From assembly GCF_004010195.1 (NCBI RefSeq), contig NC_057758.1, positions 5,574,985 through 5,631,739 on the forward strand: a stretch of DNA of 56,755 nucleotides, written 5' to 3'. The notes under the pieces were generated by a model. The model had not been told where the DNA came from and did not search any database. It saw only the letters and a list, made by a program, of their open reading frames with translations. Positions 37,835 through 51,039 of the stretch are shown one piece after another (within the stretch, counting starts at the first letter, position 1; every line of letters starts with the position of its first letter). The stretch comes from Chiloscyllium plagiosum. Its lineage: Eukaryota. Both the position numbers and the translations under genes were made by a program.

Positions 37835-38164
37835 GTGAATGTTGGGACGATGTTTCCGTTAGTAGGAGAGAAGAAGATCCGAGGGCAGACCCTCAGAGTA
37901 AAGGAAGGACCTTTTATAACGAAGATAGTGAGATTTTGTTCAACCAGAGATTTGTGAATCGATGGAATTCATTGCCACCACGGCTGTGGACGTCAGGTCA
38001 TTTAATATATTTTATACAGACATAATTAGTTTCTGAGTGTCATGGGGGACAAGGATTACGGGGAGAAAGCAGGAGAATGGGGCAGATAACCCTATCGGTC
38101 ACGAGTGAATGGTAGATCGGACTCGATCGGCCGAATGGCTTAACTTATGCTCCTATGTCTTTTG
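37835..38164 (+). mobile_element. CR1 LINE 3' end
   Basis: 'cagagatttgtgaatcgatggaattcattgcca' (QRxVNxWNSLP) and 3' end 'gactcgatcggccgaatggc...tgctcctatgtctt'. Confidence 0.85.
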
Positions 38165-38440
38165 GCCATTCGGCCGATCGAGTCCACAGGATACTAAGTA
38201 GCATTCTGGCATGTATGTTTGCAGAGCTAATCCAACCAGCCTGCACATCCTTGACACATTGCGGAGAAACTTCCAATGGCCAGTCCACCTGTGGGAGGAA
38301 ACAGCAGCACCCGGAAGAAACCCATGCTGACACAGGGAGAACCTACAAATTCGAATCTGACTGTCACCAAGTGTGGAATCGAACCCGTATGCCTGGCTCT
38401 GCGAGTCAGCAGTGCTAACCACTGAGTGAAATTGCCACAC
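38165..38440 (-). mobile_element. HE1-type tRNA-derived V-SINE
   Basis: Minus strand 'ctcagtggttagcactgctgactc...gggttcgattcc' (A/B boxes), V-domain 'gtgtcagcatgggtttcttccgggtgctgctgtttcctcccacag'. Confidence 0.85.
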
Positions 38441-38479
38441 ACATTCCTAGTAGACAGAGATCCAGAGAATATTTCCCAC

Positions 38480-38700
38480 CACAGGAGCAGAAGTAAGCCT
38501 TTCAGCACATCACATTCTGTTGTGACATTTAGTGGGACCACAGCTGATCTGACCAACCACTGCTGCACCTACCCTGTCTTCCCCCATTAATCCACAATTC
38601 CCTCACTTTTTAAGAATCCCTCTCTCTTTGTTAGTCTTAAATATATTTAATAACCCAGCATCATCAGCCCTCCGTGGTAAACAACTAAATTTTTTCACCC
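38480..38700 (-). mobile_element. Old CR1 3' end remnant
   Basis: 'aggagcagaagtaagcctttcagcacatc...cagctgatctg...tcagccctccgtggtaaa'. Confidence 0.5.
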
Positions 38701-38704
38701 ACCT

Positions 38705-39709
38705 CCCAGAGCACGTTCACTCCAATAGTGTGGAGCTCTCACAGCACTGTCCATCTGATAGTACCTACACCCTTAGTGCTGACCATCTGACAGTGCCTAT
38801 TCCCTCAGCACTGACCCTCGGACAGTGCACACTGCCTCAGCACTGAACTTCTGATAGTGCCGAGTCCCACAGCACTCACCTTCCGACCCTCAGTACTGAA
38901 ACTCCAACAGTTAGGATTTCAGTCAGCAATGACTCTCTCACAGTATGACACGCCCTCAACCTTGATCCTCCAACAGTGCAGTACTTCCTGAACACTGACC
39001 CTCTGACAGTGCGGAACTTCCTCAGCACTGACACACCAACACTGCAGCGTTCACTCAGCATTGACCCTCCGACACTGTGGCGCTCCCTCAGAACTGACTG
39101 CCCAATAGTGCTGAGTACTCTCAGCACTGACCCTCCAACAGTGCAGCTCTTCCTCAGCACTGACCTTCTGACAGTGCAATGCTCCTTCAGCGCTGGCCCT
39201 CCAACAGTGCAATGTTCCCTCAAAGCTGACCCTCCGATATTTCCATTACCTCAGCACTGACTCGCTGACTATGCCCAATCACTCACTGCTGACCTTCTGG
39301 CATTGCCCACTCCTTTAGCACTCACCCTCCCACAGTGCAGCGCTCCATCAGCACTGACCGCCTACCAGTAAGGGACTTCCTCAGCACTGCATCCGACAGT
39401 GCAAATCTCCCTCAGCATTGACCCTCTGACAGTTTGTCACTCCCTCAGATCAAACAGTCCGACAGTGTGACATTTTCTCAGCGCTGGTACTCGAACAGTT
39501 TAGCACTCACTCAGCTCTGACACGTCAACAGTGCAGCATTTCCATAGTGCTGAACCTCTCTCACAGTGTGGCCTCAGCACTGACCCTTCAACAGTGCGCC
39601 ACGCCCTCAGCAGTTACCATCCGACTGTGAGCACTGTAAGAACTGGGCCTCGGACAATGCAGAGTTCCTTCATCACTGTCCACCAACCGTGGGACACATT
39701 CTCAGCACT
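38705..39709. repeat. 33-bp degenerate satellite (cagcactgaccctccgacagtgcagcactccct)
   Basis: About 30 diverged tandem units running into a gap. Confidence 0.92.
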
Positions 39710-40209
39710 NNNNNNNNNNNNNNNNNNNNNNNNNNNNNNNNNNNNNNNNNNNNNNNNNNNNNNNNNNNNNNNNNNNNNNNNNNNNNNNNNNNNNNNNNNN
39801 NNNNNNNNNNNNNNNNNNNNNNNNNNNNNNNNNNNNNNNNNNNNNNNNNNNNNNNNNNNNNNNNNNNNNNNNNNNNNNNNNNNNNNNNNNNNNNNNNNNN
39901 NNNNNNNNNNNNNNNNNNNNNNNNNNNNNNNNNNNNNNNNNNNNNNNNNNNNNNNNNNNNNNNNNNNNNNNNNNNNNNNNNNNNNNNNNNNNNNNNNNNN
40001 NNNNNNNNNNNNNNNNNNNNNNNNNNNNNNNNNNNNNNNNNNNNNNNNNNNNNNNNNNNNNNNNNNNNNNNNNNNNNNNNNNNNNNNNNNNNNNNNNNNN
40101 NNNNNNNNNNNNNNNNNNNNNNNNNNNNNNNNNNNNNNNNNNNNNNNNNNNNNNNNNNNNNNNNNNNNNNNNNNNNNNNNNNNNNNNNNNNNNNNNNNNN
40201 NNNNNNNNN
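39710..40209. other. Assembly gap (N run)
   Basis: Run of N. Confidence 1.
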
Positions 40210-41540
40210 AATAATAGATTTTGGGCACAATGCAGCCTTAATGCAGATCATGTTCTTCTCAACACGAGCTGAGGTATTAGAATCTGAATCGTCACGATCA
40301 TGACTTTCCTCCACTGATTTTCCTTACGTCTCCATTAACTCCTGGTTGCTCCAGGAATTGCCGTGTATTAACCTGCTATGCAGTCTAACCAGGCTTCTCG
40401 TTGAAAGGAAATTCGGATTTTCTCGAAGATGTTTTGCCTTGCACTCATCAGGCCATTTCGCACGAATATGAACTGAGTTGGGAAAATCACGTTTATTCTG
40501 CATGACAGCCGATCAGGGATTAGTTAGTTCATGGTCACTGATTAGTCTGGGTGCGCCTGTCGAAAATAAAACTATTGATGCGAAATGACACGAAAGTATC
40601 AAGTTTGATTACGTTTAAACTATGAGCTGTGATCCTCATTTGTCAGTACATGCCTGTGGGGAACGCAGCCAAGGATACAGATTGAGATTTATATATCAAG
40701 CTTAATGCATTTAAACTGGACAAGTCAGAGTCTTCCTGTTGACAATACATGCATTGATCAAGATTGTCAGTTAGCTGCCAGGCTTTCGATGAACTTTAAA
40801 TTCGTCTGTGTGAATCTGATCTGGAGGGGTGTTCCCTTCGGAAATGCGCCCATTGAAGTTATCTGAGAATCAACTGCAAGGATTCGTGAAATTTAAACTG
40901 TGCAATAGAAAGCTGGTTTATCTGAGATGTAGACCATCAATTAGCGTTCGCTTCGTTTGTGGATGTGGGTCAGGTGACGGAAACTGGGATCTATACCTGT
41001 CAATTCTCCCAGAGGCGCTGAGGTGAGTTAAACCATTTGTTAAGCACATTTATCTTCACTACATATGATATTTCCTTTTGAATCCCTAAATGTTTTCGGC
41101 GCTATTTCCTATTTAAGAGCCTGTTGCTCAGAGTCAGTGTCGTTATTTCACTAAAATGTCTATTCAACAGCACCCCTTTCTCTCAATTTTCATAAAAATA
41201 GACATCAGGGAACGTTGTGATTAACGTAGAAACTTCACAACAAAATTCAGCAAAGTATGCGGAAATATAATTTACCTCTCTTTAACTCATTCCTGAGCTC
41301 TCTGTGTCTTTACAGAGTGAGTGCACTGTGAAGCCAATATGTTAGAATTTCCAGAGCTGAGGATTATCTACATAAGGGTATGGCAAATATTTGTAGATGC
41401 ACACTGAGTATTTAAAGTATTGTTTTTATTCTAAAGTGACTCCGGAGCCTCATAGAATCCGATTGCTAAAACAAGTCATTCAACCCATCATATGCACACC
41501 AGACGTCTGCAGGGTATCATACCGTGCGGAAAAATCAAGC

Positions 41541-41588
41541 TAGTAGCAGTGGGCTTCGAACCCACGTCTCTGAAGAGACTGGAACTTG
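41541..41588 (-). tRNA. tRNA-Leu (AAG/TAG family) 3'-half pseudogene
   Basis: Minus 'aagttccagtctcttcagagacgtgggttcgaagcccactgctacta' matches AAGGCTCCAGTCTCTTCGGxGGCGTGGGTTCGAATCCCACCGCTGCCA; TTTTT 6 nt downstream; 5' half absent. Confidence 0.8.
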
Positions 41589-42133
41589 AAGATCATTGGC
41601 TGGTATTTCATGTATAAAAGCACATATTCTCTTCAGACTGATCGCTGGTTTTGTGGTACGGAAGCTGCCACTGTCAAGACATTGTTCTGAACAATAATCG
41701 ATTTTCTGCATTACATTCTGACCCGATGCGTTCCATTTGTCTTGATTCTGCTCTGAACACTTTCACCCTCAGACACATTTTAACAGCCAGTTGAGCCCAC
41801 AGGAGACTCCAGGTCCACAGAAGTGGGGAGGGTAACACAGATCCAGAAATGGTGTGTCAAAGAAAATCTATCATTTAACTATTTGTACTCTCGGCTAATT
41901 ATATATTTTTCTTGTCAAATTTAATGATGTATTCACTATGGAAGTGATTGCATTTAGTCAGTGATGTATCATTTGGGATATCTAGCCTTGTAAATAAAAT
42001 AGTTTCCATGCTGAAGGTCTTCAGCTGCTGCACTAACACTCTTATTTATGCTGTGACACAGTCTATTTTTCGAAATCAGTTGAAAAATATGCTGAAATAT
42101 CCCTTCACTATTCTCATAAAACATGTTCGATAA
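41586..42133 (+). pseudogene. GPR139/GPR142-like GPCR pseudogene (TM4 to C-terminus only)
   Basis: 'LKIIGWYFMY...WFC...IIDFLHYILTRCVPFVLILL/NTFTLRHILTAS*AHRRLQ...DPEMVCQRKSII*LFVLSANY...SCCTNTLIYAVTQSIFRNQLKNMLKYPF'; several stops and a frameshift. Confidence 0.9.
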
Positions 42134-43159
42134 GGAGATGAGCAATAAAGTCCGATAAAAATGGACTGAGTCTCACGTGATTTTATGAATGGACACATCT
42201 CCTGTGTAAATCAGATCTATAATTTTCAAAGAGAGAATCCAGTCCTTTGTCCACGACACTCAGTTGCACTTCCATGCTGCCCAGAAACTACAGGCGTTTT
42301 CATTGATCCAACGTTATACTGAATTAATAATATTAACTTTTGGTTTTCACATGTTGTTAAGCGGTTCATGCATTCTTTCGCACTTAATTCACCAGCTGAC
42401 TGCCTGATGTCTGGCCTCTTAATCCAAAGTATTCATTTGCCTGGATGAGTGCATCTACAGTAACACGCGAGAAGCTCAAAACCAAAACCAAGGAGCATCT
42501 GTTGTCGGCAGAAATGTCAAGAGGAGTCGTTAGCCCCGTTTTCCTTCACTCCTTCGGTATTCTATTACCACGTATGTTAGAGGCCATAAACTATCCCAAA
42601 GCTGTTGTATTGGGGTGCGGTTTTCCTCTTACTTGGGGGCCAGTATAGTCAATAATGCTCTGGGGTCCCCAGTGAAATACAACATTTTATTTCCATCCGT
42701 GTTACAGTAGTTGCTGCAACATTGGTACCCATTGTTAGACAAATTCCCCTAATATGAACATTCATACCAAAAAAAAATGCAGTCAATAATGGAAATCTCT
42801 ATAAACAGCCCCAGGCGCAACCAAATTGAAATTATACCTGCCAGATAACTCCCCACCAGCGCTTGGGGCCGACAAAGCTTCTGACAGCCTTAATACTCTC
42901 CAGCTGCATTGCATTATTTACCATAAAATATTGCCGTTTCTCACAAAGAACTCTTCCAGCTTTTGTGCAAATTTGAGAATGGCTAATTGGGAAGGATATT
43001 AATTTCAATCAATTGTTATCAAGCTTTTTTTTTCAAATAAACTTTAATATAAAGTTCTGGTTGAATTGAGAAGAGCCCCTCTCTCTGTGTGTCTTCAGGC
43101 TGAGATCAAACAACAACCACTCTCAAACGCACCTGCAGTTTACGACCTCTGCTACGTAC

Positions 43160-43372
43160 AGTCATAGAGTCATAGAATTCTTTTTGTGTGGAAGCAGGTC
43201 ATTGGGCCCAACCAGTCCACATCAGCCCTCCGAAGACTATCGCACCCAGTCCCATTCCCCTGCAATCTTATCCTATATTTACCTCTGATTAATGAACCTA
43301 AACCTATGCATCCCTGAAAACTATTGACAATTTTGCCTGGCCATTCGACCTGAGCTGCTCTTCTTGGGATTG
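43160..43372 (-). mobile_element. HE1 SINE 3' portion
   Basis: (AGTCATAG)n tail, 'gtggaagcaggtcattgggccca', 'caattttgcctggccattcgacct'. Confidence 0.7.
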
Positions 43373-43424
43373 CTATGGAGCCTGTTCAATATCGCAAAGT
43401 CCTACTTTTTTTCCTTTAAAGAAT

Positions 43425-43945
43425 GGAAACCTTTTTTTCTGATAACATGTGCAATAGTTCACTGAAATAAGCTATCTCCACAATTAGATTATGGATTGTT
43501 GGGTACGTAACAAGACCAGATCTAGCCCTTCTATTTTTATCACAACTTGTCTCTGTAGCTTCACCCTGTTCTGTGCTGTTTGCTATGTACTAATTGAAAT
43601 GTGTTACATTTGTTGTAAATTTCTGTTCAACTTTTGGCATGGAAACTTCAGTATCCAAATGATTATCCTTCTGACAGGTGGTGGATGACAAGTAGTTTGA
43701 ACATGTTGCTTATTTCTTTTCAGGAATTGACTGTAGCTGATTAAAATATGACATGACCGTGACTGCACACAATGACATAGGATATTTTTCACAAACACAT
43801 ACTTGTTTGAAAATCTTAAACTTTTACCCATAACACTAGTTTACATTGTGCTAATTATCCACATACATGTTGATCGTGACCTTGTACCATTTTCTTCCTT
43901 CAGTGCATCACTGAATCATACATTAGATTTTGCAAGTGAGGTAAA
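43425..43945 (+). pseudogene. Possible decayed Ig exon
   Basis: 'LITCAIVH...CWVRNK' and 'NFWHGNFSIQMIILL' (E-strand GNFSI motif); GTAAAA donor near 43941. Confidence 0.25.
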
Positions 43946-44616
43946 ACATTGCTTACATCAGCAACACTTACATTAACATATCTATCTGAAAGTCTTGGAA
44001 TGTTTCTTTTCATTTGACAACTCATGAATTTTACTGTATGAACAGTCCTTTCTGCAAGATTAGGGGACTAATAAGACATAACGAGGAAATTGCGTTTCCT
44101 GAATATCTTGTAGGGGGTATTAATACACTGTGAACTGTCTAACATGAAACACACCGAATACAGTAGTCAATGTGAGAACAACCCATGCACAAGTCCAATC
44201 TGATTTCTTACAAAGGGGAGAATTGAGTGAAATATTCATCAGAAGGAAATCTTGTCCACGGATACAGAAATCATCAGTAATAATCTTGTCCCACATCACG
44301 GAATGCATCTCGTATGGAATGAGAAGTTCTCTCAATTCATAAGATCAATGGAAGTGACACGTTTCATATGACTTGATTTGTTGATATTTTTATTTATGTC
44401 ATGTTAATTTATGAATTCATACACCAGTTGTTTTCTTCTGCATGTCTGTGATCTGTCCGTATATGGTGGGGTAAATCTTGACAAGAGCTTGGAGATTTTA
44501 CACATGTTTACTTTGGAGATGCCATTCCAATAAAATCCTTATTTCTCCTTATTTTCCTGTAAGAAAGCGTTTCAAATCATGTTTGAAACGTTCAGATATG
44601 ACCTTATATTTTTAAT

Positions 44617-47600
44617 AGTCATAGAGATGTACAGCACGGAAATTGACACTTCGGACCATCTAGTCCATGCCGACCAGATATCTCAACCTAACCTAATTCC
44701 GTTTGCCAGCACTTGGCCCAGATCCCTATTCACATACCCATCCAGATGCCTTTTAAATGTTGCAATTATACGTGCCTCCACCACTTCCTCGAGCAGCTCA
44801 TTACATCCACGCACCACCCCCTCTGTGAATAATGTTACCCCTTCGGCCCCTTTTATATCTTTACCCTCTCAACCTAGAACGTTGCCATCTAGTTCCGGAC
44901 TTCTCCCAACACAGGGAAATTAATTTGTCTGCTTATCCTATCCATGACCCTCATGATTTTATAAGGCTCTATAAGGACATCCCTCAGCATTCGATTCTCC
45001 AGAGATACCAGCCCCAACCTTTCAGCCTCTCCCTATGGCTCTAACTCTCCAACACTTGTATATATTTATAATCGACTTATAAATCTTTTCTGAACCCTTA
45101 CAAGTTTCACAAGATCCTTCAGATAGGAAGGAGACCAGAATTGCACGCAATATACCAAAAATGGCACATCCGACATCCTGTCCAGCAGCGACATGACCTC
45201 TCACTTCCTGTACTCAGTGCCCTGACCCATAAAGGAAAGCATACCAAACGCCATCTTCACTCTCCTACTTTCAACTCTACAATCAAAGAGCTCTGAACCT
45301 GCACTTCATGGTCTCTTTGTTCAGCAACACTCCCTAGGAACTTACCATTAAGTGTAGAAGTCCTGCTAATATTTGCTTTCTCAAAATGTAGCATCTCACA
45401 TTTCTCTAAGTTAACTCCATCTGCCACTCCTCATTCCATTGGCCCATCTGATCAAGATCACGTTGCAATCTGACGTAAGCTTCTTCGCTATCCACTGCAC
45501 TCCCACTTTTGGTGTCATCTGCAAACTTAGTAACTATAGCTCCTGTTTCAATTTCGAAATCATTTACCTCAATGACGAAATGTAGTGGACCCAGCAGGCG
45601 GGTCTTGTGGCACACCACTGATCGTAGGCCTTCAGTTAAAAAAACAACTCTCCACCACCACCATCTTTCTTTAGCTTCCAGCCAGTCCTGTACTAAATGG
45701 CTAGTTCTCCCTGCATTCTATGAGATTTAACTTTGCTGACCAGTGTCCTGTGGGAAACCTTGTCGAATGCCTTATTTAAGTCCAGAGAGATCGCGTCCAC
45801 CGCTCTGCCCTCATCGATCCTCTTAATTATGTCTTCAAAAAAACTCAATCATATTTGTGAGACATGATTTACCAAGGACAAAGCAATGTTGATTATCCCA
45901 AATAAGTCCTTGCCTTTCCAATATATGTAAATCCTGTCCCTCAGGGTTCCCTCCAACAATTTGCCCACCAGCGACGTCAGCCTATCTGGTTTGTAGTTCT
46001 CTGGCTTGTCCTTACCAACTTTCAAAAATGGCGCCACGTTCGCTCATTGCCAGTCTTCGGGCACCTCACCTGTGCGCATCGATAATACAAATATCTCAGC
46101 AAGGGGCACAGTAATCACTTCAGTAGCTTCGCACAGAGCTCTGGTGTACACCTAATCAGGTCCTGGGGATTTGTTCAACTTTATGCGTTTCAAAATATCC
46201 AGCAGTTCGTCCTCTGTAATATGGACATTTGTCATGATGTCGCCATCTATTCGGCCACATTCTATATCGTCCCTATCCTTCTCCACAATAAACACGGATG
46301 CAAATAGTCGTTTACTATCTTTCCAATATCCTTCAGCTCCACACTAAGGCTGCCTTGCTTATTTTTGTGTTGCCCAGTTCGCTCCATAGTTACGCTTTCT
46401 TCATTAATGTATTTATAAAAACCTTCTGGATTCTCCTCAACGCTATTTGACAAACCGATCTTATGTCCCCTTTTTGCCATTCTGATTTCCCTCTCAAGTG
46501 TACACCTGCTGCCTTTGTACTCTTTCATGGATTCACTCGATCGCTACTGTCTGTAGGTGATGCCTGCTTCCTTCTTTTTCTTCACTAAACCCTCAATGTC
46601 TCTAGTCAGCCAGCATTCCCGACACCTACAGACCTTTTCTTTCAACCTAACAGGAATATATTGTTTTTGGACTCCCGTTTTCTCATTTCTGAAGACTTCC
46701 CATTTTCCAGCCATCCCAGTACCTGTGACCCAATCAGCTTTTTAAGTTCTTGCTTAATGCCGACAAAATTAGCCTTCCTCCAAATTACAATTTCAACTGT
46801 TTGATCTGATTGATCCTTTTCTATTACTGTTTTAAAACTAACAGAACTATGGTCGCTGATCCCAAAGTGTACCCCCACTGACAACTCAGTCAACTGCCCT
46901 GCCTTATTTCCCAAGAGGAGGTCAAGTTCTGCACGTTCTCTGGTAGGTGCATTCACATACTGCCTCAGAACATTTTGTTAGATTAGATTACTTACAGTGT
47001 GGAAACAGGTCCTCCGGCCAACAAGTCCACACCGACCCGCCAAAGCGCAACCCAACCAGACACATTCCCCTAAATTTACCCCTTCACCTGACAAACTGGG
47101 TAATTTAGCATGGCCAATTCACCTAACCTGCACATTTTTGGACTGTGGGAGGAATCCGGAGCACCCAGAGGAAACCCACACAGACACGGGGAGAATGTGC
47201 AAACTCCACACAGTCACTCACCTGTCTCCATCTAAACTCTGAACACTATGGCAGTTCCAGTCTATGTTTGGACAGTTCAAATTCCCTATAATAACCACCC
47301 TATTAATCTTGCAGATAACTGAAATATTGTTACACATTTGTTTCTCAGTTTCCTCCCTTTCTATCCTACTATAGCATTTGTATCCTACAACATTAAGCTG
47401 CCATTCATGTACATCCCTGAACCATGTTTTGTAATTGCTGTGATATCGCTGTCCATGTTCGTAGGCATGCCCGGAATTCAATTGACTTCCCTGTTAGGCC
47501 TCTTGCAGTGAAATAAATGCTGTTTAATTGATCAGTACTACCTTGTTCTCTGCTTTGTTCATGTCTGCCTTCGCTGATTGACTTGCTGTTTTTCTCCACT

Positions 47601-49035
47601 GTACCAGTCTCAGATTGTTATCATTCCTCAATCTCTCCCTGGTTCCCACCCCACCCCTTACTAGCTTGAATTCTCCCGAGCCATTTTCGGAAATCTCCCT
47701 GCCAGTATATTAGACTCCTTCTAATTCAGGTGCAATCCATCCTTCTTGTACAGATTCCAATGGTGCAAAATATGAACCCTGCTTCCATAAACCAACTTCG
47801 TAGGCACGCTTCATCTGCTCTATCCTACTATTCCGACCCCCACTAGCTCATCCCACCAGGAGGAATCCAGAGATTACTTCCCTCGAGGACCTCATTTTGA
47901 AATTCCTGCCGAACTCTCTAAATTCTACCTTCAGAATGTCATTCTTTTCCCTTCCTAAGTCGTTCTAAACAATGTGTGCAATGACTTTCTGCTGGTCCCT
48001 CTCCTCTTTGAGAGCATTTTGCAACCTGTCTGTCACATTCTTGATCCTGACAGCAGGGAGGCAACACACTATTCTGATTTTTCGCAGTTGGACGCAGATA
48101 TGTCTGTCTGTCCTTCTGACTAGAGTGTCCCCTAAAACGATCGATCAATTGGAACCCGATGTAGCCCTCATTACATTATCGCCTGCCTTGATACCAGAAA
48201 CTTGTGTTTTCGTGCTAAATTCCCCTGAAAGTCCATCACCCCCTATATTTTCCCAAACAGCATACTTCTTTGAAATTGGATTAGCCACAGAAGACTACCT
48301 GCCTATCCCTCCTCCCTTACTTGGAGTTAACTCATCTAAGGCTTTTCTCCCTTCTTATAACTGCCATCCATCACACCTCAAACTCTTGAAAATCCCTCAT
48401 TGCCTGTAACTGTCGCTCCAAGCAATCCATTCATGTCTGCCAGGATTCACATTAATTGATATTTATTGCAGCTATAATCCTCAGTAAACCGTAAACTCTT
48501 CCGAAACTCCCACATCTGACAAGAACAGGATATCACCCGACTAAAGGCCATTTTGCTACTTCCAATCTACGCACACAGCATAGCACCGTCTTATTGTCTC
48601 GCACTAGGTCAACATAATACTTTTGCCTTATATTTTTCAAATGTAATCAACAGACACATCCAATAAAAGCATATAATCAAGAAAAACCCACTCTACGCAA
48701 TACTATATATTTACAGTCAGGCTATACTTGAAATAATAGACTTATCTATTTCTATGCTGTAACCTTTCCCAAACAAGGTGCTCCAAGATCAGTTGCCAAT
48801 TTCGCTGTTTGTTAAGTTTTCCTCGACACACTCCAATATATGAATTCAGACAGCGAAGGCAGTAACTGCGCATATTCACTGTTATGTCAGTCAGCAAATT
48901 CGGTTTCTTTCGTCTCTCCTTACACACCACGTGTTCGCTGCCTTTGTCTGTCTTTCCCCCTTTTCAAAGTGCCGTTGTTTGACTTTGTTTTTCTCCAAAG
49001 TTCCCAAACAATTGCAACAGCATATAAAACAGTCT
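44617..49035 (-). mobile_element. Near full-length decayed CR1/HER1 LINE
   Basis: 3' tail 'agtcatagagatgtacagc'; 'KFADDTK', 'ENYKPDRLTSLVGKLLE', 'PTRERAELDLLLGN...SDH'; ORF1 remnants and 5' UTR at 47700-49035. Confidence 0.9.
46978..47222 (-). mobile_element. HE1 V-SINE inserted into the LINE endonuclease region
   Basis: (TTAGA)n tail; 'ggagcacccagaggaaacccacacagacacggggagaatgtgcaaactccacacag'. Confidence 0.9.
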
Positions 49036-50039
49036 TTTCTTAATAAATAAAACATCTATTCGTATTTCACTGAAAGAGTGAAATTCACGCACTTTACAAC
49101 TTTACCAAACTATTAAAAGAAGCTTATTTAGATTTCACCAACAACGACATGTCGTTCTGGACTTTCTAATTTCTCTTTGTCATGTTCCCTTAATTCTTTG
49201 GATGTAAGAATTTGTTCGAAATATCTTCATCTGATTTTAAATTTCAATTGTCAATGTTTCCCGAATCGTGGCTTCTTCTGTTCTCTTCCTGCGCCAATGT
49301 TCTTTATTTTTTTGCAGAATTTGTATTTGGACCATTCATTACTTTATCTTTTCTAACAATACATTAATCCTGTTTTTCGCTGATAAACTTTTCCTTTATG
49401 AATGCAACTAACCTTTTCACTGTAATTTCTTGTTTGCATTTCTAATTCTACAATTACCTTTATAATCCAGAACACTGTAGCAATATACTTTTCCTCCTGC
49501 TTTTTAAACTATATATCAAACATGGGCAGTGGATAAATTTGGCCTTACAAAAATGTCGCTTATGAGAATGCTTAAGTAGTCAGAACTGTCTATTTACAGA
49601 CATCTTATTAACTTGTCCAATGTTTCCTTCTGCGTATAATCTTTGCTGTCTGAATTCATGTATTGGAGTGTGTCGAGGAAAACTTAATATAATCAGTATA
49701 TCCAGCTGAAGACAACAAGTTCAACTGTGACCGTCTGCTGTACGTAACTGTCAGACCATTTCAGCCATTAGCGTAAGCTGCAAAAGCCCAAGCGGCCATC
49801 TTGTCCAATTTAGGCCTGGTTCACCACAACAGCTCCCATCCACAGCCCCATTGCACAATTGCTGGTGTGGAGAATATTCTGGCAGAAGGGTGCTACTATT
49901 TATTGAAAAGAAGCTTTTGCACACCAATTACATGGGAAAGGGGTAGATACAAATGAACGATAATAATGGGAAGTTATCTTTAAAGTAACGCACTTTTCTG
50001 ATGTGAAACCCAATAGCCACTCTCTGCCGATCACTGAAT

Positions 50040-50720
50040 GTACTTTCTGGAATAGGTCTGCTAATAGGGTCATGGCTGTTCCATCATAAGTGGGGACCTA
50101 TTTTCAAGGAGTTTCAATTTCACACTTTCAAAGACAGTGAGTTTCTCACTGTGTCCAAACGTGTAAGTGATTGACAACAAATCGACAACCATCCACTCCC
50201 TCCTCTGCAAATGTTGAGTAGCAACAGCGTGTACCATCAACCAAGGATGTGAGATTTTAGACGGAAGGAAATATAAGAGAAATTGGATTATCCCCGGAAC
50301 AGAGATGAGGTGAATTATTCAGTTGTTCGAAATTATGAACAACTTTGACAAGGTAAAGTAGAATACTTTGTTTCCACTTGTTGGTCGGTCAGTAAGTGGA
50401 ATTATAATTGCAAGATTAACAGCTGGACATCGAGAAATGGAATGAGGAGAAAGCTGTTTAGTCAGAGAGATGTTCGTGCTTCTTAACAAATGCTTCAACT
50501 GTGCCTATCCACCTTCCAAAAATATGGATAGAGATCCCCAGGTCCCACCGCTACTGTTCTCCCCTCATTTTGTACTAATGAAAGCGATTACTCAGATGTT
50601 GTATGTTGTGATGAGCCACCTTTGTGAACCTTTGCAATCCATTGTTGCGTGATTGGATCAATCACTATGGATTTCGAGTCAAACGTCCATTGACAGTGAG
50701 TGAGCTACTTGTTCATGTTC
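50040..50720. mobile_element. Mosaic of old L2/CR1 fragments
   Basis: 'atccactccctcctctgc...gtagcaacagcgtgtaccatc'; CR1 C-terminus 'gagatgaggtgaattattcagttgttcgaaattatg'; 'gatgagccacctttgtgaacctttgcaatcc'. Confidence 0.5.
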
Positions 50721-50849
50721 AACGACAACGCATCTCTTACATGTTTACTCAGAAATGTCATACAGGATGGTGACTTGAGACAAGTATTCGAGGGAAATAC
50801 TGATTAATCCATAAATGGTTAAAATCAGAAACATTAAAAGTCCTGTAAC

Positions 50850-51035
50850 GGAGAGTGACAAACGGCACAGAGAGAGAGAAAGAGAGAGAGAGAGAGAAAA
50901 AGGAAGAGAGAAAGTTCGAATGAGGGAAAGCTGGAGATAGATGAAATTACGAATGCGAGCATAATAATGAAATCGAGAAACTGAGAGTGAAATAGAGAAA
51001 GTGAAAATAATTAGGGAACATAACGGAAAGAGACA
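50850..51035. repeat. GA-rich tract including (GA)n
   Basis: (GA)n at ~50868-50897 within purine-rich sequence. Confidence 0.75.
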
Positions 51036-51039
51036 ATTA

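Noticed and set aside
49040..49640. AT-rich stretch, A-rich on the minus strand, possibly coding
   Set aside because: No open frame or recognisable motif.
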